From IMG/VR virus record IMGVR_UViG_3300047550_003635: a stretch of 64,000 nt of DNA, one strand, 5' to 3'. Below, piece by piece: positions 28,681 through 41,233 of this stretch. Each line of letters starts with the position of its first letter. Position 1 is the first letter of the stretch. A program made the translations under genes and the position numbers. Origin of the DNA: a virus. The notes beneath the pieces were generated by a model. The model had not been told where the DNA came from and searched no databases. It saw nothing but the letters and a program-made list of their open reading frames with translations.

Positions 28681-30243
28681 ATGCCATCATATACATCTAA
28701 AAAAATATCTTATAATAATGCAGAGCAATTCAAGGAATCTTTCTTTGAACCAGAACCAGCTACTTTGGGATATGTTTTCATTGGAAATCATGTTCCTTAT
28801 GCCAATGAATCGTCACCCGATATCATTTCTGATACTGTTGCAGCAGAAAAACAAGTATGGAATAACATGTATGCTGCAAAAAAGATTACAGGAAATGATG
28901 TAGAATTAGTTGCAGCAAGAGTTGATTGGACAGGGAATACAAAATATCGTCAATTTGATGATACTATAACATTGGATACTCTACTATCGTCAAATACATC
29001 ACAGAATCTTAAACCGATGTATGTTATAACTACTGATAGAAATGTTTATTTGTGTCTATCAAACAATTCTTCAGCTAATTCAACAGTTCAACCAACAGGT
29101 CAAAATTTATCATCAAACGGGAATATTTCAACAAATGATGGTTATATTTGGAAATATTTGTATAATGTTCGCCCATCAAATAAGTTTTTATCAAATACAT
29201 GGATACCAGCACCATCATCACAGTCAAAGTTAGATTATAGCACATCGGATACTATACCTGTTGATGGTGAAATAACAACCGTAAATATTGATAATGCTGG
29301 TACTGGCTATTATCATACTTCAATAAATGTTAGTTCTTTTTCCACAAGTTGTTCTAATTTGACTATTTCAGATACAAGCTATTCTGCGTCAAATATTGCT
29401 GTAAATATGTCGATATCAGGAACAGGGATTGCAAACGGAACTTATGTTACAGCATTTGATGTTGTAAATAAGAAAATAACACTTTCAACAGAAACAATTG
29501 CATCTGGTGGTGGTAGTTCGAATAATATATCACTAAAAACCAGAGCATATTTTGATGGAGATGGTGATTCTGTTGTTGGAGATGTCACTCTATCATCAAA
29601 TACAATTGGAAAAGTAACAATAACAACCAATGGTAAAAATTATACCAGATGTAATGTTACTTTATATGGAACAGGAACTGGCGCAAATGCAAGAGTAATA
29701 TTACCACCTAAATTTGGACACGGTTTTAATCCAGCAAGAGATATTGGCGCATCAAATGTTATGATTGTTGAAAAAATTGGTGAAGTCGATTCAACAGAAG
29801 GTGGATTAATTTCTTCAAATACAACATATCGCCAATATGGTATTCTAATAAACCCAAATAAATATGGTGAGACAAGTTCTGATACAGTAGCAAATGCAAA
29901 TAGTGTTATATCACAGACAAGTAATGTATCATTATTGGGTGGTTCATCATATAATTTAGACGAGTTTGTTTATCAAGGCACTTCAGAATCAGCAGCATCA
30001 TTTAGTGGTTTTGTAAACAGACAGGGCACTAATAATGTAAATTTGACAAGAGTAAAAGGTTCAATATCAATTGGAGCGCCTTTAAAAGGTAATACAACAA
30101 ATCCAACAGGAAGAATTGTTGTGAGTAACGCAAACCCAGAACTTGAACCATATACTGGTGATATACTTTATGTTGAAAATATCACAAAAACTCAAAGAAC
30201 AGACGGTCAAGCAGAAAACTTAAAATTTGTTATCCGTTTTTAG
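28681..30243 (+). CDS. gp8: baseplate wedge subunit gp8
   Basis: VYLCL.N, DGYIWKYLY, PP.FGHG, YRQYGI..NP, GDILYVEN. Confidence 0.88.
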   Translation: MPSYTSKKISYNNAEQFKESFFEPEPATLGYVFIGNHVPYANESSPDIISDTVAAEKQVWNNMYAAKKITGNDVELVAARVDWTGNTKYRQFDDTITLDTLLSSNTSQNLKPMYVITTDRNVYLCLSNNSSANSTVQPTGQNLSSNGNISTNDGYIWKYLYNVRPSNKFLSNTWIPAPSSQSKLDYSTSDTIPVDGEITTVNIDNAGTGYYHTSINVSSFSTSCSNLTISDTSYSASNIAVNMSISGTGIANGTYVTAFDVVNKKITLSTETIASGGGSSNNISLKTRAYFDGDGDSVVGDVTLSSNTIGKVTITTNGKNYTRCNVTLYGTGTGANARVILPPKFGHGFNPARDIGASNVMIVEKIGEVDSTEGGLISSNTTYRQYGILINPNKYGETSSDTVANANSVISQTSNVSLLGGSSYNLDEFVYQGTSESAASFSGFVNRQGTNNVNLTRVKGSISIGAPLKGNTTNPTGRIVVSNANPELEPYTGDILYVENITKTQRTDGQAENLKFVIRF

Positions 30244-30258
30244 GGAAAAGAAAATAAC

Positions 30259-33200
30259 ATGACAATCAATACGAATTTCAATGCAAATCCATATTACGAC
30301 GATTTTGATGAAGCCAAAAAACATCTTCGTGTTTTATTTAAACCTGGATATGCAGTCCAATCACGCGAACTAACACAACTCCAAACATCGTTACAAAATC
30401 AAATTGGAAATTTTGGTAAACATGTTTTTAGAAACGGTTCAAGAGTAAATGGTGCTGGACAAACAAAACAAGTAGTAACATATCTCAAATTAAACTCAAG
30501 CTATTCTGGTTCTGATATCATTGCTAATAATTTTTCAGATATGGTAATCTATTCGTCTGATGAATCGAAAAGAGCAAAAGTAATAAAAGCATATGCTGCT
30601 GATGCGGGAACTGGTGACCCAATAACTCTAATGGTCGTTCAAGACATAGGTGATGCATTCGTTGCAGGTGAAACAATAAAAACTGATGAAACATCACCAG
30701 CATTTGCTACAATTGCAACTTCTGGTGTTGGAAATGGTTTAACTTTTTCCGTTGATGAGGGTATTTGGTTTTATGAAGGATTCTTCATAAGAAATGACAA
30801 GCAAACAATTGCAGTTTCAAAATATACAACAACAGCAAATGCAAAAGTTGGTTTTGAAATTACAGAATCTATATCAACAACAAATGATGATACCACTCTG
30901 CTTGACCCTGCAATGGATTCTTCAAATTATCAAGCGCCTGGTGCAGACCGTTACATTATCAATTTAACTCTTTCTTCTCGTTCATTAGATTCGACAGATA
31001 CAACACAATTTATTGAAATCGCAAGATTTATAAACGGTCAATTAACATCATTAAAAGATAGTCCTGAATATGCTGTTTTGGCTGATGAATTTGCACGTAG
31101 AACATATGATGAATCGGGCAATTATACAGTTGAACCTTTTCTGATTTCATTATCAGATAATTCATCAAATACTGCACAAACTGTTGTATCACTTTCAACA
31201 GGAACCGCATATGTTTATGGTTATGAAGTGAGAAAGAAATTCCCAGAAAACATTAATGTTGATAAACCAAGAGAAACTGTAAGCGTCAACAATAAATTGA
31301 TAACGGCTGACTATGGTGAATATGTTTATACAAAAAATCATTATGGTTCATTGCCTATAGATTCACTTACAACAATGGATGTTCATTGTGTTCCTATTGC
31401 TAATGATTCAACCACAGCAATCTATAGCAATACAAAAATAGGAACTGTTCGTATTAAGTCATATTTGTATGATTCTGGAAATACACAGAATTCACAGACA
31501 TATGTTTATAGGACTTCAATATTTGATGTTAATATTAATAATTCAATAATTGGTAATGTTAATACTGCAACTGCAACAACAGTAAGTATCGGTAATACTG
31601 TTGCGGGCATGTATTATTCAAATGTTGCTAATGCTTATGCTGGTGCAAAATTAAGAATTACAACAGGAACTGGTTCAGATGAAAATGCAAAAACTATTAC
31701 ATCTTTTGATGTAGCAACACAAACACTTACTTTTTCTACAGCAGATTCTTTTGCAAGTATACCAACATCAGCATCACAATTCTCAATAGATTTTGAATTT
31801 AATGATGCAGAAAGTTTTGTATCACTAAACGGTTCTTCAAAAATAGTATCGTCAGCACAAATTGACGATTATTCTAAAGATTTTGCTTCAACTTATCAAG
31901 ATGCATATATTAGTGATACTGTTTTAGAACCTATTATTTTCAAATTAGGTGAAGAATGGATTGCAAATAATTCGATAACTGATATGTCTTATTCATATAA
32001 GAGATTATATGAAAATCAATCATTTACTTCTTCTCAATCACCAGCATTAACTTTACAATCAGGTGAATCATTAGTAAGTTCGACAACAACATCATCAAAG
32101 GTTGAAAACTATCAAATTATTGTAACAACACAAGGAACAAGTCCATATGGTGTTGGTCAAACAGTTCCAGCAACAGCAATTACTACAGTTGATACTACAA
32201 GTAAAAAAATAACAGTATTAAATGGTAACAATATGGTTGCAAATATTGTTGCAACTATTGATAGTTCTACACCAACAGCAAAAGTAAAAACATATGTAAC
32301 ATGTAACCCATGTGTCCAAACATCTGCAAATGGTTCTGGTTCTGGTGCAAGCGGAAATCAAACCGCTAACGTTAATTCTGGTACCGCACTTGTTTATGGT
32401 GCACAAGGACAAACAACTATTGCTAATACTGCTGTTGTAAAAACACCAGGAACAGCACAATCTCTATATGTAACTGATGTAACAGAGATTGTTCAAGTAT
32501 TGGATTTTAATGGAAGTGCTGTTGCAAATACAGGTGGCACAGATATTACAAGCAAATATACATTGAATACAGGTCAAAAAGATTCTTATTATGACCATTC
32601 ATCAATCGTATTGAAAGGTGGTGTAACTCCACCATCAGGTCCAATTGTTGTAAGATACAATCGCTATACATCATCAGGAACAGGTTTCTTTACAAATGCA
32701 TCTTATATTCCAAATTACTCAATAATTCCAACATATACATCCCAATCTGGTGTAGAATATAGTCTAAGAGATTGTTTAGATTTCCGTCCAGTAAGAGCAG
32801 ATGCTTCAGGTGCATATACTTCAGGAACTGTTTCGTTTAATATTACATCAAGTGCAATCGGAACAGAAATACCAGTTATAGGTTCCGATATTCGTGCAGA
32901 TTATTCATATTATTTACCAAGAGTTGATAGAGTAATTGTTCGTAAAAATGGTAATTTTGAAGTCGTAACAGGACAGTCATCACTCAATGCTGTTGAACCA
33001 GCAAATCCAAATGATGCAATGACGATTTATCTGTTGCATAATCCACCATATGTTGCAAACACTTCAAACATTTCGGTTGAGTATGTTGAAAATAAGCGTT
33101 ATACAATGCGTGATATTGGTGTCATTGAAAAGCGTGTTGAGAATCTTGAATATTATACGACACTATCATTGCTTGAACAAGACACATTAAACAAGCAAGA

Positions 33201-36200
33201 TTTGTCAATATTAGACACGACTAATTTACCTAGATTTAAAAATGGTATCATAACAGATTCATTTAGAGGTCAATCTGTTATGGACTTTGAAAATGCTGAC
33301 TTTAAAGCATCGATTGATTCACAAAAACAAGAAATGCGCCCATCAATCGATGTAAGTCAATTTAATTTACAATATGACTCAAATACTTCAAACTCAATAA
33401 ATTGTTTAGATTCTGGACAATTCATAACAATTGCCGCAAATTCTGTTACATTTGCAGAACAGAATTTATCTTCAGGAACAATAAATGTAAATCCATTTAA
33501 TGTTGTTAAATTTTTGGGTAGAGTTAAATTAAACCCTGCATCAGATAATTGGATTGATGTAGATAGGGCTGCGGATGTTAATATTGATATTTCAGGTGAC
33601 ATGGAAGCATGGAAAAAGATAACAGATAGATTACCTGTTGATATAGTATATGGTGCTTGGAACGACCTTGTGAAAGGTATACCAACAACAAGCACATTTA
33701 GAGCCAATTGGGCACCTGGTGGTGAAACAACACAAACAACACAAACTGTAACACAACAGAGAATTGGTATAGTTACAACAGTAGTTCCTAAACAAGTAAC
33801 TGCTTCTTTGGGTGATAAAGTTGTAAATCTGTCGATTATACCTTATATTCGTTCAAATCAAGTTTATTTTTATGCAAGTGCATTTAAACCTCTATCGACA
33901 CTATATCCATTTTTTGATATTGGTAATCGTCCTATTGAAAAATATGTAGCACGTGCAAATAGATTTTTAATTGATAAAGGTGGTCTGTTATTCCATTGTG
34001 GATTAGGAACTCCTGAAAAAATAAATGTTGCTAATACCATTACAGGCACAACATTAAATGTAGTAAAAACTGCACAAAATTCAGGTAATTCTGTATTTAC
34101 CTTTAATACGATAGAAGTTCCTTCATCTTCATTTATAGGTAATACAAAAATTACTGGACAGCAATCAGGTCTGACAGCAAATGTTGTTGGATATGAACAT
34201 TTTTCTGGTAATGTTGTTAGTGCAACAGGTACCTCAATTGTGTTATCTATTGATGCTACTGGTGCTAATAATGAAACATGGTATGCAAATACAACAAATA
34301 GTAGCATAATTTTCATTGTTGCTGGAACAGGTGCAGGTCAACAAAGAACCATATCTTCATATAATGCTGCAACAAGAAATGTTGTAGTTTCAAGTGCATG
34401 GACAACAACACCAACTTCAAATTCGATATACTCAATTGGTAGATTGACTGCAACAAGAAATGGTGATATTTCGGGTATATTTTATATACCACCAGGTGAA
34501 TATAAGACAGGTGCAAAACCATTCTTATTAATGGACAATGCTGAAGGTGATATAATAAACTGCACTACTAGCGGTGATGCAAATTATTATGCACAAGGAT
34601 TACTAAGCACATTACAAAAAGAAACCATTACAACTATTGCGCCTACAATTGAAAGGACTGCTGTAACACAAACACAGACAGTATTGAATGTTTTAAGTAG
34701 TTTATTTAATCCAGATGCTCCACCTGGTGATTCTGGAGGACCACCAAGTGGCTGTGACCCATTAGCAGAAACTTTCTTTGTTTCTCCACAAACATACCCT
34801 GATGGTATCATGTTAGATAAAATTCGTTTATGTTTTGCTACAAAAGATGATGTAACACCTGTAACTGTTCAAATTCGTCCTGCTATAAATGGATATCCAT
34901 CAACATTTGTTGGATATACTTTTGCCGAAGTTACTTTGACACCAGATAAAGTAAATGCTATAGGTGAAAATGCGATACCTGATTTAGATGATTCAACAAA
35001 ATACACAGAATTTGTTCTTGATGCACCCGTATATTTGAAGCCAGGCGAGCATTCGTTTGTTGTTATGGCAAATTCTGACAAATATAAAGTATATTATGCA
35101 ACAGTAAGTTTAAATAATTTAGCAGATGGTGCAGAAATATCAAAACAGCCTTTTATTGGTTCAATGTTTAAATCACAAAATGCATCAACTTGGGAATCAG
35201 ACCAAAATTCTGATTTAATGTTTAGATTGTATAGAAAATCTTTCAATACAACACCAGCTTATGCATCATTTGCATTAAAAGAATTGCCATCATCAAATAC
35301 AGTTTTTGATACATTAAGTTTACAAACATCAGAAATTGTGGTAGCAAATACATCAGTGCTATATGAATTTGAATCATATAAATCGACAGGTGGTCTTGCT
35401 GGTTACAAACCAATATCAACATTATATGATTATGAATGCAATGATGATGCAGGACGTAGAGTATTGGATACAAACAAAGGTGCAAGAACATTTATTCTTC
35501 GTGCAACAATGAATTCTCTAAATGAAGCAGTTTCTCCTATTTTGGATGCTACTCGTTTTGGTGGAATATTCATTGAGAACATTATCAATAATTTGCCTCT
35601 TTCAAATACTGGTTTTGTAATTACATCCGCAGGCTCAAGCTATGCATCACCAACAGTTTTAATCACTGGTGGGGGTGGTTCTGGTGCAACTGCTTCTGCA
35701 ACAGTCAGTTCTGGTAAAATTACAGCAATCACTTTAACTGATGCTGGTTCAGGATATACAACATCACCAACTGTTACAATTACTGATGGTTCTGGTTCAA
35801 GTGCAGTTGTATCATATAATGGTGAAGATTCTAAATCTGGTGGTAATTCAAATGTTAGATATCTTGCACGTAAAGTAACATTAGCTGATGGATTTGAATC
35901 TGGTGATTTGAGAGTGTTTATTACAGCATATAAACCTTCAGAATCAAATATTTACGTTTATTACAAGATATTATCAAAATCAGATTCAGATACTTTTGAT
36001 AATAAATCATGGCAATTGATGGCACAACTAGGTAATGAAAATTTTGTATCAACATCATCAACTGATTATCGTGAATTAACTTTTGCACCAGGAACAAATG
36101 GAGCAGCAAATAATTCTGTTTCTTATATATCAGGTTCTTCAACATTTACAAAATTCAAGACATTTGCAATTAAGATAGTCTTGAGTGGCACTTCAACTGT

Positions 36201-36255
36201 TGACGTTCCAAAAGTTCGTGATTTCCGTGCAATTGCATTACCAGCAGGTGCTTAA
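30259..36255 (+). CDS. large virion structural protein (VrlC/DUF4815-like)
   Basis: [59 protein letters not shown]. Confidence 0.85.
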   Translation: MTINTNFNANPYYDDFDEAKKHLRVLFKPGYAVQSRELTQLQTSLQNQIGNFGKHVFRNGSRVNGAGQTKQVVTYLKLNSSYSGSDIIANNFSDMVIYSSDESKRAKVIKAYAADAGTGDPITLMVVQDIGDAFVAGETIKTDETSPAFATIATSGVGNGLTFSVDEGIWFYEGFFIRNDKQTIAVSKYTTTANAKVGFEITESISTTNDDTTLLDPAMDSSNYQAPGADRYIINLTLSSRSLDSTDTTQFIEIARFINGQLTSLKDSPEYAVLADEFARRTYDESGNYTVEPFLISLSDNSSNTAQTVVSLSTGTAYVYGYEVRKKFPENINVDKPRETVSVNNKLITADYGEYVYTKNHYGSLPIDSLTTMDVHCVPIANDSTTAIYSNTKIGTVRIKSYLYDSGNTQNSQTYVYRTSIFDVNINNSIIGNVNTATATTVSIGNTVAGMYYSNVANAYAGAKLRITTGTGSDENAKTITSFDVATQTLTFSTADSFASIPTSASQFSIDFEFNDAESFVSLNGSSKIVSSAQIDDYSKDFASTYQDAYISDTVLEPIIFKLGEEWIANNSITDMSYSYKRLYENQSFTSSQSPALTLQSGESLVSSTTTSSKVENYQIIVTTQGTSPYGVGQTVPATAITTVDTTSKKITVLNGNNMVANIVATIDSSTPTAKVKTYVTCNPCVQTSANGSGSGASGNQTANVNSGTALVYGAQGQTTIANTAVVKTPGTAQSLYVTDVTEIVQVLDFNGSAVANTGGTDITSKYTLNTGQKDSYYDHSSIVLKGGVTPPSGPIVVRYNRYTSSGTGFFTNASYIPNYSIIPTYTSQSGVEYSLRDCLDFRPVRADASGAYTSGTVSFNITSSAIGTEIPVIGSDIRADYSYYLPRVDRVIVRKNGNFEVVTGQSSLNAVEPANPNDAMTIYLLHNPPYVANTSNISVEYVENKRYTMRDIGVIEKRVENLEYYTTLSLLEQDTLNKQDLSILDTTNLPRFKNGIITDSFRGQSVMDFENADFKASIDSQKQEMRPSIDVSQFNLQYDSNTSNSINCLDSGQFITIAANSVTFAEQNLSSGTINVNPFNVVKFLGRVKLNPASDNWIDVDRAADVNIDISGDMEAWKKITDRLPVDIVYGAWNDLVKGIPTTSTFRANWAPGGETTQTTQTVTQQRIGIVTTVVPKQVTASLGDKVVNLSIIPYIRSNQVYFYASAFKPLSTLYPFFDIGNRPIEKYVARANRFLIDKGGLLFHCGLGTPEKINVANTITGTTLNVVKTAQNSGNSVFTFNTIEVPSSSFIGNTKITGQQSGLTANVVGYEHFSGNVVSATGTSIVLSIDATGANNETWYANTTNSSIIFIVAGTGAGQQRTISSYNAATRNVVVSSAWTTTPTSNSIYSIGRLTATRNGDISGIFYIPPGEYKTGAKPFLLMDNAEGDIINCTTSGDANYYAQGLLSTLQKETITTIAPTIERTAVTQTQTVLNVLSSLFNPDAPPGDSGGPPSGCDPLAETFFVSPQTYPDGIMLDKIRLCFATKDDVTPVTVQIRPAINGYPSTFVGYTFAEVTLTPDKVNAIGENAIPDLDDSTKYTEFVLDAPVYLKPGEHSFVVMANSDKYKVYYATVSLNNLADGAEISKQPFIGSMFKSQNASTWESDQNSDLMFRLYRKSFNTTPAYASFALKELPSSNTVFDTLSLQTSEIVVANTSVLYEFESYKSTGGLAGYKPISTLYDYECNDDAGRRVLDTNKGARTFILRATMNSLNEAVSPILDATRFGGIFIENIINNLPLSNTGFVITSAGSSYASPTVLITGGGGSGATASATVSSGKITAITLTDAGSGYTTSPTVTITDGSGSSAVVSYNGEDSKSGGNSNVRYLARKVTLADGFESGDLRVFITAYKPSESNIYVYYKILSKSDSDTFDNKSWQLMAQLGNENFVSTSSTDYRELTFAPGTNGAANNSVSYISGSSTFTKFKTFAIKIVLSGTSTVDVPKVRDFRAIALPAGA

Positions 36256-36476
36256 TGGATAAGATTAATATTCCAAATACTGCATATTTTCGTGATATTC
36301 ATTCAAAAGCGATTTTGAATACGGATAAAAGAGGTCGTGATAAATATCAAATGGAAAGAGAAATTGCTTTAAAAGAAAAAAACGAAAAAGAAGCAAACAA
36401 TCAAAGATTGAACAAGTTGGAACAAGATATGTCAGAGATTAAAAATCTATTAAATGAGATTATAAGGAAAGTATAA
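36255..36476 (+). CDS. small coiled-coil protein (follows VrlC-like gene)
   Basis: RD..SKAILNTD; C-terminal heptads. Confidence 0.7.
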   Translation: MDKINIPNTAYFRDIHSKAILNTDKRGRDKYQMEREIALKEKNEKEANNQRLNKLEQDMSEIKNLLNEIIRKV

Positions 36477-37477
36477 TGGCTGCAAATAATATCAATCAAA
36501 TTTCAACAGCCAATACTTTTGAACATTGGTTAATAGCAACACAAGGACTGATTACAACAGCCAATCTTTTAACGAATGGTAATGGTAGCACATTCTATGC
36601 AAATACCAAATTAGAAATTGGTGGTGTAAATTCTCTTTTAAATGTTACAACTTCTGCGACAATCAATGTATTAAACTCAAACACAATTACTGTTAATGTT
36701 ATAACTTCAAATACAATTACAGCAATTAACACAACAAGTAATTTAACAGCAACTAATGTAACAACCCAGTATATTCAATTTGCCGATGGCACTAAACAAT
36801 ATACTGCAAATGCTGCTAATAGTAGTCAGTCAACATCTATTTCTGCTGCGTTTGATAAAGCAAATTCTGCAAATATTCTTGCACAAGCAGCATTTGATAA
36901 AGCAAATACTGATAACACATTCATTTCAATAACAGCAGGAACATATGGAAATGCTTCTGCTATTCCACAAATTACAGTAGCAGCAAATGGTAGAATTTCT
37001 GCTGTAACTAATGTATCAATATCAATACCAACTGATACTTCAAATGCATCAAATATCACAACAGGAACATTACCATCGGGTAGATTGACTGGTGCATATA
37101 CAGGAGTTACTTCTGTAGGAACTTTAACTGGGTTATCAATAAGTGGTAAAATTAGTGAAGTAATGAATACTGTAACTGCTGTTGTTGGAACAACTACTTT
37201 AGACCTATCGACAAATAGCGTTTATAAAATTGTTATGGCAGCAAATACAACATTAGCATTTAGTAATCCACCAGCATCAGGAATTGAGCAGGGTTTTAAA
37301 CTATATGCCAATACAAATAATGGTAGCAACACAATAACTTGGCCCGCATCAGTAAAGTGGCAATATGGTGCAGCGCCAACACAAACCACAACTGCAAATA
37401 AAACAGATGTGTATGCATTTACAACTAATGATGGTGGTAGCACATATTTCGGTTACGTTTCAGGACTAAATTTCTAA
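36476..37477 (+). CDS. tail fibre protein
   Basis: NTFE.W N-terminus, AAFDKAN repeats, GTYG..IPQITV...GR repeat, C-terminal ITWP..VKW..G.AP domain. Confidence 0.75.
   Translation: MAANNINQISTANTFEHWLIATQGLITTANLLTNGNGSTFYANTKLEIGGVNSLLNVTTSATINVLNSNTITVNVITSNTITAINTTSNLTATNVTTQYIQFADGTKQYTANAANSSQSTSISAAFDKANSANILAQAAFDKANTDNTFISITAGTYGNASAIPQITVAANGRISAVTNVSISIPTDTSNASNITTGTLPSGRLTGAYTGVTSVGTLTGLSISGKISEVMNTVTAVVGTTTLDLSTNSVYKIVMAANTTLAFSNPPASGIEQGFKLYANTNNGSNTITWPASVKWQYGAAPTQTTTANKTDVYAFTTNDGGSTYFGYVSGLNF
37155..37477 (+). repeat. C-terminal fibre domain duplicated at approx. 45452-45773
   Basis: Near-identical DNA and protein (EVMNTVTA.VGTTTLDLSTNSVYK...FGYVSGLNF). Confidence 0.9.
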
Positions 37478-37478
37478 T

Positions 37479-37991
37479 ATGCCATTCTCATCAACGTCGG
37501 GTGCACAAACTAAACGAAAAATATTTGTGACTGCAACAACTTCACAAAGTAGTTATAATTTATTATCAAATGTTTCATCCATAGGAACATTTACAGATTC
37601 TATAGATACTTTTTGGAAAAACAATTCAGGTGTAACTCTCAGTGGTGGAGTAACAACGGGAACAGGTTGGTCAAATGGTTCAAGAGTATATTTAAAAAAT
37701 GAAGGCACAATGAGTGGTTCTACAGGTTCTACAGGAAATCCTGGTTCTAATGGTTCTGGTGGTACAGGTAGTGCTGGTGGTGTTGGTAATAATACTTCAC
37801 CAGGTGGCGCTGGTGGTAATGGTTCTATTGGGGGGACAGGCGGAACCGGAGGAATAGCATTGACTGTAACGTTACCTACAATTGTTGATAATAGTTTAGG
37901 AACTATATCGGGTGGACCTGGTGGACCTGGTGGACCTGGCGGTTCTGGTGGTGGTGGAGGTGGTAGTGGTGGTACAGGATTTGTGCAATGA
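37479..37991 (+). CDS. glycine-rich gp38-like adhesin, N-terminal half
   Basis: TG.GW..G..V.L.N.G, GG.AL.V, DN..G.I.GG and GxxGxx/polyGly runs; ends GGTGFVQ. Confidence 0.65.
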   Translation: MPFSSTSGAQTKRKIFVTATTSQSSYNLLSNVSSIGTFTDSIDTFWKNNSGVTLSGGVTTGTGWSNGSRVYLKNEGTMSGSTGSTGNPGSNGSGGTGSAGGVGNNTSPGGAGGNGSIGGTGGTGGIALTVTLPTIVDNSLGTISGGPGGPGGPGGSGGGGGGSGGTGFVQ

Positions 37992-38470
37992 GTAATTTGA
38001 TATATAAAACACATTTTGGAATGCATGATGAGGATGGATTTAAATCCAGTTCTAATATTCCTGGTGTTGGTAAAATTTTATTATATGTTAGTCCTACAGG
38101 TGTTGGAGTTGGCACACCAGCACAATCATACGGTGGCGGTGGTGGTGGTGGTGGTGCGGGTTCACCAGCAGGTTCTGGTGGTGCTGGCGGTATTGCCGAT
38201 TTTTCAGGTTCACCAGGAAATCCTGGCACTTCAACTACAGGTGGGGCAAGTAGTTCTGGTGGTGGTGGTGCTAATGGTGGTGCAGGAGGACCTTTAAATA
38301 CGCCAGGCACTTCAGGTATTCCATCTTTAGGATGGACTGCTGGTGCAGGTGGCGCAGCAGGAAGTTCTGGTGCAACTGGACCTAGTGGTTCTCAAGGACC
38401 TGCAACAAGTGGTTCTTCAACATATATAACTTGGATTGCAACCGGAACAAGAAATGGTCCTATAAATTAA
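37988..38470 (+). CDS. glycine-rich gp38-like adhesin, C-terminal half with approx. 48-aa non-Gly leader
   Basis: ATGA overlap, AGGA SD 8 nt upstream; polyGly runs; ends ITWIATGTRNGPIN. Confidence 0.65.
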   Translation: MSNLIYKTHFGMHDEDGFKSSSNIPGVGKILLYVSPTGVGVGTPAQSYGGGGGGGGAGSPAGSGGAGGIADFSGSPGNPGTSTTGGASSSGGGGANGGAGGPLNTPGTSGIPSLGWTAGAGGAAGSSGATGPSGSQGPATSGSSTYITWIATGTRNGPIN

Positions 38471-38484
38471 TCAGTAATTTTAAA

Positions 38485-39099
38485 ATGGAAATCGTAATGA
38501 GTGAGCATTATTATTCTTATCCCTTCAACAAAACAACTAAAGACCAAGGATACGCTTTTTGGAAAGATGGTTTTTCTAAAGAAGATATTAAAAAAATAAT
38601 TGAACTTGGTGAATCAAATGAAATTGTTGATGCAAAAGTTGGAAATAATATCGTGGATAGTGATATACGAGAATCTAAGATATCTTGGATTAATCCCTCA
38701 GAAAATTCAATTTGGTTATTTGATAAAATGTGTAACATAGCATCTTTATTAAATAATCAATATTTTGGATTTAATTTAAGTGGTATGTTAGCGTTTCAAT
38801 ATACAATATATAATGCAAATACTGAAACAAAAGGTTTTTATGATTGGCATATTGATAGAATGGGATTGGGTGATGGAAATAATTTACCAAGAAAATTGTC
38901 ACTGATTTTGCAATTGTCGGATCCAATGGATTATGAAGGTGGTGAGGTTTGGATTCACGGACTTTGTAGAGAATGTATGCCAAAAACAAAAGGTCTTGTC
39001 ATTGCATTTCCGGGAAACACATTACATCGTGTAACTCCAGTTACATCAGGCATCAGAAAATCATTAGTAGCTTGGATAGTAGGTCCAGATTTTATCTAA
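38485..39099 (+). CDS. 2OG-Fe(II) oxygenase (prolyl-4-hydroxylase/PKHD-like)
   Basis: YDWHID (HxD), RKLSL, YEGGE, HRVTPV..G.RKSLV.W; ATG at 38485 or 38497. Confidence 0.9.
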   Translation: MEIVMSEHYYSYPFNKTTKDQGYAFWKDGFSKEDIKKIIELGESNEIVDAKVGNNIVDSDIRESKISWINPSENSIWLFDKMCNIASLLNNQYFGFNLSGMLAFQYTIYNANTETKGFYDWHIDRMGLGDGNNLPRKLSLILQLSDPMDYEGGEVWIHGLCRECMPKTKGLVIAFPGNTLHRVTPVTSGIRKSLVAWIVGPDFI

Positions 39100-39100
39100 T

Positions 39101-39781
39101 ATGGAAACAATAAACCTATTTACAATACCCCTCTTTAAATTCAAATATGATAAGCATGATGAATTTAAACCAAAAGCGATAGAATATTTAACAGATGAAA
39201 AATGTGAATATCCAGTTTCACATAATGGATTGTTTATTAGTAAACCAAATTTACATAAGCATGAAAATTTTATTGATTTTAAAAATTTTACACAGATTTG
39301 TTTAGAACAATCAATGATAGCTTTAGGGTATTATCCAAAAATACAAATAACTGGGATATGGGCAACAAAACATGTTGATAGGGGAAGTCATCATAGACAC
39401 CAACATGGAAATACTTTTTTAATAGGTGTTTATTATTTGAGTGGTAATGAAAAAAGTTCAGGTACAACTTTTTATAATCCAAATAAAAATTTAATTAGTT
39501 ATATTATACCTAAAAAAATTCCAGAGAGTGAAAAAAGAAAGCGCATAATGAAACCTTCTGTAACTAATAAATTTGAAGAAGGAACTTTCATAGTTTTTCC
39601 ATCTTGGTTGGAACATTCAACAAACGTTAATGATTTCGAATTGACTCAATCAGATAGATATATTTTAGGTATAAATTCTATGCCGTTAGGTCCAACCAAC
39701 AATGATTTATATGATAGATTTAATTATCAAGATGTGATGAAAGTGGAGATGATTGAATCGACTAGAGATAGTGTTAAATAA
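39101..39781 (+). CDS. putative 2OG-Fe(II) oxygenase (TIGR02466-like)
   Basis: W......H.RHQH.N....GVYY, FPSWL.H, R..L..N. Confidence 0.82.
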   Translation: METINLFTIPLFKFKYDKHDEFKPKAIEYLTDEKCEYPVSHNGLFISKPNLHKHENFIDFKNFTQICLEQSMIALGYYPKIQITGIWATKHVDRGSHHRHQHGNTFLIGVYYLSGNEKSSGTTFYNPNKNLISYIIPKKIPESEKRKRIMKPSVTNKFEEGTFIVFPSWLEHSTNVNDFELTQSDRYILGINSMPLGPTNNDLYDRFNYQDVMKVEMIESTRDSVK

Positions 39782-39787
39782 TTTTTT

Positions 39788-40939
39788 TTATTGTAAAGGA
39801 TATAATTTAGAATTTTTTTTACGAATTTGTTTTGGATATAAATCATCATATAAAATATAATTTTCTATCCAAATTGGATATATATTTTTTTTAAATTTTT
39901 TTAAACAATTTAAATAATTTTTTGAAGATTGACTTGAACTTTGCCAAAACCATTCATCCCTAGTGCTTAAAAAAACTCCATTTGTTGATTTTGTATGTAA
40001 ATTTTTTTTATCGTCATACCAAAGATATATTAAGTTTTTAAAGTCTGTGTCACCCAAATTACCATATGGATTCTTCATCGTTATAAAAATTTCATCATAT
40101 TTTTTAGGTTTTGAATGATATTCCCTATTAATTTTATTTGATAGATATTTTTTTATGATATGTGATTGTTTTATTAAAATATTTGATGATTCAATAGTTG
40201 GTGACCAATAAAATAAATCATTATATACTAACTCATGGAATCCTGTTTTTTGGTCCTTTAGACACATTGTTCCATCTATTATATCAGTAAAATAAAAATA
40301 AAATCTATCTTCATTCACTGAGATTCTAGGTTTTTCACATCCCCATATGAGACATATTTTTTTATTCGAATCAATTATATCAGTCCATTCTGGAATATAT
40401 TCATATAATCTATGTTTTGCTAAACAACTAATTGCGCCAAAATTATTAATCCATTCATAATTATCATTTTCATCATTTAAAAATGTTTCAATGATTTTTT
40501 TGCTTATATCGAATACCCTATGTTTAATTTTTAAATTGTGTTTTTTATTAATATCAATTATTTTAGGACATGCTATTTGATAAATTTCTCTATTAGCAAA
40601 AGAATCTTTACTTCCGCTACCCTCTAAATTTACGAGACTACAAACCTCATCTAATGGAATATTAAAATTCACAAAAGTTTCTAATATATTGTCAGAATCA
40701 CTTCCAGAACTATACATTAGAATTATATAATCATAATTATTTCTTAATTGTTCTGCTTTATTTTTATAAAGTATTTCTAAAGATTCTTCAGGCTCTTTTG
40801 TCCAATCAAATTTCGAGAAAAAATCATCATTATAATACCATTTAACAGAATCGATATCATCAGTCAAGGTCATTATATCATATTTTCGATATGTCTTGAA
40901 GTCTTTATACACATAATAACCATAATTATCACTATCCAT
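39788..40939 (-). CDS. PP-loop (adenine nucleotide alpha-hydrolase-like) protein
   Basis: ILMYSSGSDS resembles SGGxDS; later WG.EKP motif. Confidence 0.6.
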   Translation of the reverse strand: MDSDNYGYYVYKDFKTYRKYDIMTLTDDIDSVKWYYNDDFFSKFDWTKEPEESLEILYKNKAEQLRNNYDYIILMYSSGSDSDNILETFVNFNIPLDEVCSLVNLEGSGSKDSFANREIYQIACPKIIDINKKHNLKIKHRVFDISKKIIETFLNDENDNYEWINNFGAISCLAKHRLYEYIPEWTDIIDSNKKICLIWGCEKPRISVNEDRFYFYFTDIIDGTMCLKDQKTGFHELVYNDLFYWSPTIESSNILIKQSHIIKKYLSNKINREYHSKPKKYDEIFITMKNPYGNLGDTDFKNLIYLWYDDKKNLHTKSTNGVFLSTRDEWFWQSSSQSSKNYLNCLKKFKKNIYPIWIENYILYDDLYPKQIRKKNSKLYPLQ

Positions 40940-40945
40940 AAAAAT

Positions 40946-41233
40946 TTACATAATATCCCAATTATCAATTTCTGATTGTGACAATGTATATTTTTCACCT
41001 ATGTTTAATACAAATTTTAATTTTGTAGAATTTTCAGAAATCTGACTATATTCAGTGTCTAAATTGGGTGCACATCTAGCTATTTCTTTACGCAATGCTG
41101 CGATGGACATAGGTTCTCCGTCTTTAGAAATTGGTGGAATCAAATTAAGTGATTTGCTAATTCCTCTATCATCGTGATATTCTACAACAGTTCCGTGATA
41201 ACTAACTTCTTTTATTGTAAAACCTGTAATCAT
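40946..41233 (-). CDS. hypothetical protein
   Basis: AGGAG SD on the minus strand; CATAAATA late box upstream (approx. 41264-41271). Confidence 0.65.
   Translation of the reverse strand: MITGFTIKEVSYHGTVVEYHDDRGISKSLNLIPPISKDGEPMSIAALRKEIARCAPNLDTEYSQISENSTKLKFVLNIGEKYTLSQSEIDNWDIM

Noticed and set aside
37985-38000. Stop-codon reassignment or an intron explaining the split adhesin
   Set aside because: TGA, TAG and TAA all terminate conserved genes normally here, the second half is in a different frame, and no group I/II intron structure is evident.
37553-38310. Pro-rich minus-strand ORFs (37553-38026, 37903-38310) and + strand 38016-38297
   Set aside because: Shadow frames of GGT-rich glycine codons; no SD or independent evidence.
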